Positions 27,812 through 35,576 of a stretch of DNA of 64,000 bases are shown here, in pieces (the stretch's first letter is position 1; every line of letters begins with the position of its first letter). The position numbers and the translations under genes are program-made. Under the pieces are notes generated by a model. That model was not told where the DNA came from, made no database searches, and saw only the letters and a program-made list of their open reading frames with translations. This DNA is from Methanomassiliicoccales archaeon (GTDB lineage Archaea; Thermoplasmatota; Thermoplasmata; Methanomassiliicoccales; UBA472), in contig JAJRAN010000055.1 in assembly GCA_028682915.1 (NCBI GenBank), forward strand, positions 318 to 64,317, in the 5' to 3' direction.

Positions 27812-28417
27812 ATGATGGGATGCCACTTCCAGGACCGGCCGTGCCGGCCTGGTCTCTGCCTGAAAGGGCTGCACGACCGACAGGATGGCGCTTCCTTCCG
27901 GATGTGCGACGAGTCGGCCGTGGTCTCGTGCCCCCATCGAGCCTGGGATCATCAGACGCACCTGGAGGTGTGCAAGACCAGATCCGACATGGTCGCCCCT
28001 TGCCATGTGTGCGGTGGTCGTCATCGCACCATGATGGAGGCTTTCCGCTGCTCGGTCTCGGCTTCCATCCGAGATTCATTCCAGGAGGATATCGTGGTCG
28101 ACCCGATCGATACCAGGCTTCCAGATGCAATGAGAGCGAGCGCCTGGCGCATGATCAGGAAAGGGGTGATCGAGCGCGACGGTGGCCAGTGCCGGCTCTG
28201 CGGCAAGGATCTGTCGAGGGCCCCTTCATGGCTGACGGAGGTGCATCATGTCCGTCCGAAGCGCGAGGGAGGGACGGATCACCCATCAAACCTCATCACC
28301 CTCTGCATTATGTGCCATCGGAGGATCACGGCCGACGCTATCATGGCTAGCTTGTCCAGGGATCGATCGCCTTCAGATCGCTTCCTGCCTAGGGAATGCC
28401 TCGAGGCTTTGCGCTGA
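27812..28417 (+). CDS. HNH endonuclease with N-terminal Cys/His-rich extension
   Basis: C-terminal HNH core is RDGGQCRLCGKD...EVHHVRPKREGGTDHPSNLITLCIMCHRRI. The track ORF (from 27311) runs antisense through the VOC gene. I start at the first in-frame ATG after the AT-rich divergent promoter (27812), and ATG 28031 is the alternative. Third-position GC favours this frame over the antisense ORF 27668..28024. Confidence 0.65.
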   Translation: MMGCHFQDRPCRPGLCLKGLHDRQDGASFRMCDESAVVSCPHRAWDHQTHLEVCKTRSDMVAPCHVCGGRHRTMMEAFRCSVSASIRDSFQEDIVVDPIDTRLPDAMRASAWRMIRKGVIERDGGQCRLCGKDLSRAPSWLTEVHHVRPKREGGTDHPSNLITLCIMCHRRITADAIMASLSRDRSPSDRFLPRECLEALR

Positions 28418-28521
28418 CCTGATGTGAACTCCCCTCGCGCATTCGAGCTCGTTATCTTTTCGAACGTTCCCATCCTGACCACATTTTTTTCTAGCGGGCG
28501 CGCCATCTAGAATGGATACCG

Positions 28522-28962
28522 ATGGCGCTCAGCTTCGAGATCCGCGAGATGAGGCCGGATGACTATCGCGGCCTGGTCGAGCTTTGGGAGCAAGCCATGT
28601 TGACTTACCATCCCGAAGGCAGGGATTCCAAGGAGAGGATCACCAAAGAGCTCGGGACACCCATGGCCTTGTTCCTGGTCGCAGAGGCAAATGGCCGGCT
28701 CATCGGATCGCTTCTCGGGACCACCGATGGCAGGAAGGGATGGATTAACCGCCTCGCCGTCCACCCCGAATGGCAGAGAAAAGGGGTGGCCCTCGCCCTC
28801 CTAAAGGAGATGGAGAAGAGGTTCGACCAGCGCGGGGTCCTGGTGCTGTGCGCCCTCATCCACGACGACAACCCATCTTCAAGAGCGTTCTTCACAAATG
28901 CGGGCTACGAAGAAGATCCGACCGTCGTATATTATTCCAAGAGGAAGGGGCACAAGGTCTGA
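28522..28962 (+). CDS. GNAT family N-acetyltransferase
   Basis: 146 aa. Acetyl-CoA motif A: INRLAVHPEWQRKGVALALL. Confidence 0.85.
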   Translation: MALSFEIREMRPDDYRGLVELWEQAMLTYHPEGRDSKERITKELGTPMALFLVAEANGRLIGSLLGTTDGRKGWINRLAVHPEWQRKGVALALLKEMEKRFDQRGVLVLCALIHDDNPSSRAFFTNAGYEEDPTVVYYSKRKGHKV

Positions 28963-29053
28963 ATCGATTAGGTCGATGCAATACTTATTCAGAATGACTG
29001 GAAGAGGTCTGCCCTCGGGCTGAGCCTCTTTCGGAGGTCGATCCCCTTTGTTC

Positions 29054-29383
29054 CTATTGCCTCCTGTATTCCTGATCGACGATGGTCCGATCCTTCTCGG
29101 AAACGCGCTGGACCCTTTGCTTCTCGTGCAGTGCGACGGTTTCGAGATCTGGCCAGTAGAAGTCGTGCACGTCCTTGTTGTCCAGCAGCCCTTGCTGCAC
29201 GTACGTCTGGGAGTGCGCCTCCATCTTGTCCACCATCTCCTTGTACTCTAACAGGACCTTCTTGTGCTTCTCGTGCTCGGGGGTGCCCTCGTCATAGAGG
29301 AGCGCCATCTCCGCCTCCTTGTTCATCTTTTGCACGATCTCTTCCAGTTGCTCCATTTGCTCTTCCGTCAGTTCGATGCCCAT
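29054..29383 (-). CDS. Hypothetical Glu/Lys-rich helical protein
   Basis: 109 aa starting at the ATG preceded by AGGTGA (5-nt spacer). The track's longer version (to 29515) lacks an RBS. No family recognised. Confidence 0.45.
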   Translation of the reverse strand: MGIELTEEQMEQLEEIVQKMNKEAEMALLYDEGTPEHEKHKKVLLEYKEMVDKMEAHSQTYVQQGLLDNKDVHDFYWPDLETVALHEKQRVQRVSEKDRTIVDQEYRRQ

Positions 29384-29701
29384 GGTCTCACCTAATAATC
29401 CGGTTCCATTCGTTCTTCCTTCATTTTTCCGTGCGATCTCATTCCACGCCATTTCCCCGTCGAACGAGAAACCGAAGTTATTCCCTCGCCCAGCATAGAT
29501 GGCACGGCTCCCCAACTAAATCTAGTTTACCAACGATTATTTCATACCCTCCCCCTAGTCACTGGCTCGACCAGTTGAGGATTCACCTCCTTGACGGCAC
29601 CCGGGGTGACCAGCCTGGCATCCACGGATCCGGTTGGATCCTTACACCAGCAAAGGTTAATGGTATGCCAGGCCATTTCCCACAAACCGAGAGGAAGATG
29701 A

Positions 29702-30091
29702 ATGACCGTTTTACTGGCAACGGATGGGAAGCCGCACTCGGAAAAGGCGGTGAAGTATGCCTTCGATTATGCAGCTCTGAGGAAGGACAGCCTCTACATC
29801 GTCTACGCGGTCAGCCCTAAATCGGAGGACGACAAGGACAAGGTCATCAACCATGGCATGGCCGTGCTTGAAGAACTGAAGAAACGCGGGGCCAAGGAGA
29901 ACGTGAAGGTCACGACCATGCTCGAGGCCGGTAATCCTTATGAGGCTGTGCTCAACGCAGCCGACCGGGTGAAGGCCGATGCCATTGTGGTCGGCACCTC
30001 CGGAAAGACCGCCATCGACCGCGTCCTTATCGGCTCGGTGTCCGAGTACATCGTCCGCAACTCCAAATGCACCGTGATCGTGGTAAAATGA
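29702..30091 (+). CDS. Universal stress protein (UspA family)
   Basis: 129 aa. VVGTSGKTAIDRVLIGSVSEYIVRNSKCTVIVV is the ATP-binding G-2x-G-9x-G(S/T) region. Confidence 0.9.
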   Translation: MTVLLATDGKPHSEKAVKYAFDYAALRKDSLYIVYAVSPKSEDDKDKVINHGMAVLEELKKRGAKENVKVTTMLEAGNPYEAVLNAADRVKADAIVVGTSGKTAIDRVLIGSVSEYIVRNSKCTVIVVK

Positions 30092-30116
30092 GCCGGTAGA
30101 GCGGGGTTTCGGCTCC

Positions 30117-30923
30117 TTACCTTGAGCGTTTCTTGCCAGCCTGGACCTTATCCACGGCCAGCATGAAGGCGTATATGATGGCCTGAGGTCGAGGCGGGCA
30201 ACCGGGTATGTAAACGTCGATGGGCAGTACCCCATCCACCCCGTTTCCCGAGGCGTAGCTGTCCTTGAAGATCCCGCCTGAGCAGGCGCAGGCTCCCATG
30301 GCCATTACCAGCTTTGGATCGGGGACGGCTTTATAAGTCTGCAGGAGCGCGTGCTCCATATTCCTGGTTACAGGGCCTGTGACAAGGAGCACATCGGCGT
30401 GCCTGGGGCTAGCCACGATGTGAAGTCCGAACCTCTCGATGTCATGAATGGCGTTGGTCAAAGAGTTCACCTCGACCTCGCAGCCGTTGCAGGAGCCGGC
30501 ATCGACCTCTCGGATGGATAGCGACCGGCCGAGCGCCTTCTGCGTCTTGGCCTCGAGCCTCCGGCCGAGCGTCTCCGTCGAGGGCTCCCGGTCGACGGCC
30601 CCGGAAACGACCAGATCCTGCCTTTTCCTTGTGGCCAGCTCGAATTCCTTGGTGATGCTTATGGCCCCTTCCGGGCAGGACCTGGAGCATTCCCCGCAGA
30701 AGATGCAGGCGCCCAGGTCGATATGGATGGCGCCATCGAAGGAGAGGATTGCGCCGGTCGGGCATGCTTCGACGCAAGCTTTGTGCAAACTGCATTTAGA
30801 AGAGTCGACGTGCGGGGCGCCCTGGTGCCCATCGTACGGCTCGTAGCGCTCTTTGGGATAACCTGAGGTCACGATGCCCTTCCTCAGCACTCCCGTTTCG
30901 ATAGGTTTCAGCATGCATATCAC
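30117..30923 (-). CDS. Fused 2x[4Fe-4S] ferredoxin (HycF/HyfH/NuoI-like) and hydrogenase small subunit (HycG/HyfI/NuoB-like)
   Basis: 268 aa. The N-terminal half has CSLHKACVEACP and CIFCGECSRSCP. The C-terminal half has NuoB/HycG motifs GSCNGCE, ASPRHADVLLVTGP, GACACSGG, PGCPPRP. GTG start lies 1 nt after the large-subunit stop. Confidence 0.85.
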   Translation of the reverse strand: MICMLKPIETGVLRKGIVTSGYPKERYEPYDGHQGAPHVDSSKCSLHKACVEACPTGAILSFDGAIHIDLGACIFCGECSRSCPEGAISITKEFELATRKRQDLVVSGAVDREPSTETLGRRLEAKTQKALGRSLSIREVDAGSCNGCEVEVNSLTNAIHDIERFGLHIVASPRHADVLLVTGPVTRNMEHALLQTYKAVPDPKLVMAMGACACSGGIFKDSYASGNGVDGVLPIDVYIPGCPPRPQAIIYAFMLAVDKVQAGKKRSR

Positions 30924-30924
30924 C

Positions 30925-32514
30925 TCAAAGGTCGCTCCCGGAATAGGACAGGTTGAAGGATTTGTTGATCAGAGGGAAATCGGGGACGATGTTCCCCAGC
31001 ACGGCTGTCTCCATCGCCCTCCAATTGTGGAAGGAGGCGTCACGGACCTTGTGCCGGAGTGGCCTGTTGCTCTCCCCCGAGATCGTCCAATGCACCAGCT
31101 CTCCACGAGGTGATTCGACCAGGCCCATGGACGTCTTCCCTTCCTCCACGTCCACGACGCGGTCGAGAATCGCCCCCGATGGAAGGCCGCCCAATGCCTG
31201 TTCCACGATGCTTATGGACTCGTTGAGCTCGTCCAGCTTGACCAGGAGTCGCGCCTGGACGTCGCCCTCGTACCTGACGGGGACGCGGAAGCTCATGTGA
31301 CGATAGGCGGCATACGGATGATCACGGCGGACGTCCCGGTCCAAACCAGAGGCGCGCGCCACCGGGCCGACCAGGTTGAGGTCCTTGGCCGTGACCAAGG
31401 AGACCGCGCCAGTGGCCTCGGTCCGATCCAATACCGATTGGGTACCAAAGACCAACGAGGCGAACTCCTTCAGATCCAGCTTGAGCCGTATGAGCTCGCT
31501 GAGGGTTCTCTGCAGCTTCTCGGCGGGTATGTCCATCCTCACCCCACCGAGGCAGTTGATCCCTCTCAACAGCCTGCTCCCGGCCAAGTAGTCGTTGAGG
31601 TCCAACGCCCTCTCCCTCATGATGTACGCATGTTGCGCGGCCACGTTGAAAGCCACATCCAGTGCGATTCCGCCCACGTCCCCCAACAGGCAATGGATTC
31701 GTTCCAGCTCGGCGAATGCCGTGCGCAGGTGCTCGGCCCTCTCTGGCGCGCTATGGGTCATGCCCTCGACCGCTTGGCAGAAGGCTAGGGAGTGGGAGAA
31801 GGAATTATCGCCCGATATCCGCTCCGCGAGGAATACTCCTTTCTCGTAGGTCAGACGCTCGAACAGTTTCTCCGTGCCTTTGTGCGCGTATCCGAGGCGG
31901 ATCTCGAGGTTCAGGATCGGCTCGCCGGCAACGCTGAAACGGAAATGCCCCGGCTCGATCACGCCAGCATGCACCGGCCCGACGGGGATCTCGAAGACGC
32001 CCTCGCCCTCGACGCGATGATATGTATAGCTTGAGGGCAGCCGCTGGACCTTCTTCTCCGCCGGAAAGTCCTTGAGGAGTGGATGCTCCTCGATGGGCCA
32101 ATCGTCATAGAGAACTAGAGGGCGGGGGTCAGGATGCCCGACCGGGACCATCCCAAGGAGGTCATGCATCTCCCTCTCGTACCAATCGGCGCATGGGATG
32201 TCGGGGGTCAAGGAGCGGAAGCTAGGATGCTCTGGGTCCATGCTCGTCAAGAGAACGGCGAAGTCCTCCTCCCCTTTGAGCGCCAGGACCAGGACCAGCT
32301 TCAGGTCATTGCTGGCGATTCGATTGTCCACGCCGTGGAAGGTGACGATGCTGGCTCCCCAGAGGTTGTGGATGTGCGCCGCCACCTGAGCGAAGGCGTC
32401 CAGCTCGACCTCCAGCCACATCTCGTTGCCCTTAACCCTCCTCGACTTGATCTTGTCCGACAGTTCCTCGGGCATGGAGCGAAGGATGTCCTGCATCCGG
32501 CTCTCGGTCATCAT
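30925..32514 (-). CDS. HycE/HyfG-like large subunit (NuoC-NuoD fusion type) lacking the [NiFe]-binding cysteines
   Basis: 529 aa counted from the ATG that overlaps the hyfF-like stop (ATGA at 32511..32514). The track's 889-aa ORF is an artefactual 5' extension. The sequence is collinear with group-4 large subunits. At the N-terminal RxCGxCxxxH position it reads ERISGDNSFSH (31804..31821). At the C-terminal DPCxxCxxR position it reads NLSYSGSDL-stop (30928..30954). I verified both by translating the DNA myself. Confidence 0.9.
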   Translation of the reverse strand: MMTESRMQDILRSMPEELSDKIKSRRVKGNEMWLEVELDAFAQVAAHIHNLWGASIVTFHGVDNRIASNDLKLVLVLALKGEEDFAVLLTSMDPEHPSFRSLTPDIPCADWYEREMHDLLGMVPVGHPDPRPLVLYDDWPIEEHPLLKDFPAEKKVQRLPSSYTYHRVEGEGVFEIPVGPVHAGVIEPGHFRFSVAGEPILNLEIRLGYAHKGTEKLFERLTYEKGVFLAERISGDNSFSHSLAFCQAVEGMTHSAPERAEHLRTAFAELERIHCLLGDVGGIALDVAFNVAAQHAYIMRERALDLNDYLAGSRLLRGINCLGGVRMDIPAEKLQRTLSELIRLKLDLKEFASLVFGTQSVLDRTEATGAVSLVTAKDLNLVGPVARASGLDRDVRRDHPYAAYRHMSFRVPVRYEGDVQARLLVKLDELNESISIVEQALGGLPSGAILDRVVDVEEGKTSMGLVESPRGELVHWTISGESNRPLRHKVRDASFHNWRAMETAVLGNIVPDFPLINKSFNLSYSGSDL

Positions 32515-33971
32515 CCACCTCCCGGGAAGAGGCGCGCGATGCCTTCCAGCATGTCGTTCAGTCCCTGGGGCAGGTAGAGGCCCAGGACCAGGACCCCTGC
32601 GAGCAGAGCGACGATGAGCAGGATCGCGCTCAGGTCCCCTTCGCGCCTCCCCTGCTCTTTGGGGGGGTGGCCGAAGACCATCCTCGAAGCGCGTAGGAGC
32701 ACGACGGCGAAGATGATGGCGAGGAGCACCAGGTAGAGCGATATGACCAGCAATTCCCCTGCCTGCAGCCCGGCCATGAGTATGACCAGCTCGCTCACGA
32801 AGATGCCGAAGGGGGGGCACCCGACTATGGCCAGGAAGCCGGCGAACCATAAGGTCGAGGTGATGGGCATGGTCTTGGAGAGGCCTCTTATCTCCTCGAT
32901 GGTCCTGGTCTTCGTCCTGGCATACACCTGGCCAGCGCCGAAGAACAACGCACTCTTGGTCAAGGCGTGATTGAGCATCTGCAGCAGTCCGCCGATGATG
33001 CCCAGAGGCCCGCCGATCCCAAAGCCCAGGGCGATCACGCCCATGTGCTCGATGGAGCTGTAAGCGAGCAGGCGCTTGAAGTCCTTGGCCAGGATGATGA
33101 AGGCCGCGGCGATGGCCATGGAGAGCACGCCGAAAAGCACAAGCAGTCCGCCGGAGAAGCCTGGGCCGAGAGAGGTGGAAGATATCATGTGGTAGCGCAG
33201 GATGGCGTACATGGCGCAATTGAGGAGGACGCCTGAGAGCAGGGCGGAGATGGGGGTGGGGGCCTGCGAGTGCGCGTCGGGCAGCCATGTATGCATCGGC
33301 GCGAGACCGACCTTGGTGCCGTAGCCGACCAGGACGAGGATGAAGGAGATGCGCAGCAGCGTAGGGTCCAGCTGTCCGGCCATGGCCAGGAGCGACGACC
33401 ATTCCAGCGAGCCGCCGCCTTCGCCCAGCTGCTGGATGGAAGAGGCGTAGAGCAGGATCGTGCCCAGGAGGGCCAGGGTGATGCCCACCGAGCAGATTAT
33501 TACGTACTTCCAAGCCGCCTCCAACGAGCTCTCGCTGTTGTAGAAGCTCACCAAGAAGGCCGATGCCAGAGTGGTGGCCTCGATGGCGATCCACATGACC
33601 CCCAGGTTATCAGAGAGGCACACCAGGACCATGGTCATGACGAAGGCGTGCAGCAGGGCGTAGTAGTAGCTTATGCGCTTGGCCCCGAACCTGCCCTCCT
33701 GCAGTTCCCTGCCCATGTAGCCTACCGAATAAAGGGAGGTGGCTAACGACACGATTGCCACCAGCATCAACATGAAGGCGCTGAGCCCGTCCATGTAGAG
33801 CGTCCCCTCGTCCTTGGCGCCGTTGGTGACCACGTCGTATGAGGCGAGCAGCGATGCGGCGAGTAGGGCGACGGAACCGAGGCTGCTGGCCCACTCCACC
33901 TTCCTCCGATCCCTTAGGAGGAGGCAGACGAGCGCGGTCAAGACTGGAATCAGCAGCAGGAGCTCGAGCAT
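32511..33971 (-). CDS. HyfF-like antiporter-type membrane subunit (NuoM/N family)
   Basis: 486 aa, about 14 TM helices. Proton-conducting membrane transporter blocks (WLPDAHSQAPTPISALLSGVLLN, SSIEHMG). Confidence 0.85.
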   Translation of the reverse strand: MLELLLLIPVLTALVCLLLRDRRKVEWASSLGSVALLAASLLASYDVVTNGAKDEGTLYMDGLSAFMLMLVAIVSLATSLYSVGYMGRELQEGRFGAKRISYYYALLHAFVMTMVLVCLSDNLGVMWIAIEATTLASAFLVSFYNSESSLEAAWKYVIICSVGITLALLGTILLYASSIQQLGEGGGSLEWSSLLAMAGQLDPTLLRISFILVLVGYGTKVGLAPMHTWLPDAHSQAPTPISALLSGVLLNCAMYAILRYHMISSTSLGPGFSGGLLVLFGVLSMAIAAAFIILAKDFKRLLAYSSIEHMGVIALGFGIGGPLGIIGGLLQMLNHALTKSALFFGAGQVYARTKTRTIEEIRGLSKTMPITSTLWFAGFLAIVGCPPFGIFVSELVILMAGLQAGELLVISLYLVLLAIIFAVVLLRASRMVFGHPPKEQGRREGDLSAILLIVALLAGVLVLGLYLPQGLNDMLEGIARLFPGGG

Positions 33972-34640
33972 CTAATCCCTCAACCTCCTCAGGAACGAAG
34001 TGTCAAGGGTGTCGAAGGTGCGGTTGATGCGGAAGACGAAGACGCCCATGATCAGCACGGCCACCATGATGTCGAAGAAGACCCCTAGCTCGACGATCAA
34101 GGGCATGCCGTAGCTGAGGGAGAGGGCGGCCATGAACAGGCCATTCTCCATCACCAGGAGGCCGATGACCTGGGTGATGGCCTTCTTGCGGCTGATCATC
34201 ACGAAAAGGCCGATGAGCACCACGGCCAGGGAGAGCGCAAGGGCGCCGGCGGTGATCGTCTCCCCGCTCTGGATGAGGGGCTCGGCCACATAGTATGCCA
34301 AGATGGCCAGTCCTCCCGCGATGAGCAGAGAGGAAGGGGTTCGCACCGAAGGCTCGACGTCGTTGGCCACCTGGATCCGGTCCATCACCCGGTCGATGAT
34401 GCGAGGGATGACCAGCGCCTTCAGCAGGATGGTCAGGGCGGCGACAATGTAGATATGCCAATAGCCGGTGCTGTAGGCGACCGCGGCCGCGAGGAGCCCG
34501 AGAGCCAGGGACTGCAGGGCGAACACCCGGACCAAGGTGCGCATGCGCCCCGTGGCCACGATTAGGAAGGCCGTGAGCAGCACCAGCGCCGCCAGACCGT
34601 CTATCAGATTAACGTCGAGCTCGGCCATCTTCTCCCTCAC
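33972..34640 (-). CDS. HyfE-like small membrane subunit (NuoK-related)
   Basis: 222 aa, about 7 TM helices. The GLLVMENGLFMAAL block matches the HyfE LMENG motif. Overlaps the upstream gene by 4 nt. Confidence 0.8.
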   Translation of the reverse strand: MREKMAELDVNLIDGLAALVLLTAFLIVATGRMRTLVRVFALQSLALGLLAAAVAYSTGYWHIYIVAALTILLKALVIPRIIDRVMDRIQVANDVEPSVRTPSSLLIAGGLAILAYYVAEPLIQSGETITAGALALSLAVVLIGLFVMISRKKAITQVIGLLVMENGLFMAALSLSYGMPLIVELGVFFDIMVAVLIMGVFVFRINRTFDTLDTSFLRRLRD

Positions 34641-35572
34641 AGAACGAAGTACGACATTACCGCCAGGAAGGCGAGCATGAACGCCCCCGTGAGCAGGTTC
34701 GGCAGTCGAAACAGCCTGAGCTTAGCCATGGAAGATTCGATCACGGCGATGACCACAGCCAGGGTCAATAGCTTAGCTAGGAAGACAATCACACCAAGGG
34801 CTAGGGCTGGAGCGGTGATCTCGGTGGCCACGCCCCAGGGCAGGAAAGCGCTCCAAGCGATGGTGACGAACAGGGTGAGCTTGACCATGCTGGAATACTC
34901 CATCAGCGCCAGGTCCTTACCTGAATACTCCAGGAGCATGGCCTCGTGGATCATGGTCAGCTCGAGATGGGTGGAGGGGTTGTCCACTGGCACCCGTGCG
35001 TTCTCGGCGAGGACGGCGATGAGGAAGGCTGCGAATGCCAGCAGCAGGGCGGGCCCTATAAGGCTGGCACCCGAGGTCGCGATGACGCTTGTGACCGAGA
35101 CCAGAGAGGTCGTTCCGGTCAACAATGCCACGGTGAAGAAGGAGAGCAGGATTGCGGGCTCGATCAACGAGGAGACCAGCATCTCCCGGCTCGACCCCAT
35201 GCCGCCGAATGTGGACCCGGCGTCCAATGCGGCCAAGGCCGTGAAGAACCGGGTCATGGCGAAGAGATAGACCAGGACGATCAGGTCCCCTAGGAAGCCG
35301 AGGCTCTCGGTCACGAAGGCGGGGACCAGCAGGGCCGCGACCACCATCGAGATTAGGCATACATAGGGAGTAATGGTGGTGACCCAGGAGGAATCCTCGG
35401 ATACCACCGAGCCCTTGCGCATTAGCTTGGCAAGGTCGAGGTAGGGCTGGTAGATCGGGGGGCCGCGCCGGCTCTGCATCCATGCCTTGAGCTTGCGGAT
35501 TATCCCGGTGAGAAGGGGAGCGAGGGCCAGCAGCGCAGCCGTTTGGATCAGGGCGAGGACAAGGTCGGCCAT
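34637..35572 (-). CDS. HycD/HyfC-like membrane subunit (NuoH family)
   Basis: 311 aa. N-terminal LAPLLTGIIRKLKAWMQSRRGPPIYQPYLDLAKL matches the NuoH/HycD RRGP signature. Confidence 0.9.
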   Translation of the reverse strand: MADLVLALIQTAALLALAPLLTGIIRKLKAWMQSRRGPPIYQPYLDLAKLMRKGSVVSEDSSWVTTITPYVCLISMVVAALLVPAFVTESLGFLGDLIVLVYLFAMTRFFTALAALDAGSTFGGMGSSREMLVSSLIEPAILLSFFTVALLTGTTSLVSVTSVIATSGASLIGPALLLAFAAFLIAVLAENARVPVDNPSTHLELTMIHEAMLLEYSGKDLALMEYSSMVKLTLFVTIAWSAFLPWGVATEITAPALALGVIVFLAKLLTLAVVIAVIESSMAKLRLFRLPNLLTGAFMLAFLAVMSYFVL

Positions 35573-35576
35573 TTCC

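Noticed and set aside
27668-28024. 118-aa minus-strand ORF between the VOC and HNH genes
   Set aside because: Its start would lie 6 nt from ATG 28031, leaving no promoter space. Its third-position GC is lower than that of the overlapping plus frame, which continues into the HNH domain. No family was recognised. A small residual chance that it is real remains.
29131-29820. 229-aa plus-strand ORF
   Set aside because: Pro/Ser/Arg-rich low complexity. It overlaps the better-supported minus-strand gene and the Usp gene start region.
32515-33594. 5' extension of the 889-aa track ORF (30925..33594), which would add about 360 aa to the large subunit
   Set aside because: The extension lies entirely inside the hyfF-like gene in another frame and translates to Arg/Gly/His/Pro-rich low-complexity sequence. 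A proper ATG with ATGA stop-start overlap sits at 32514 and gives the normal ~530-aa length.
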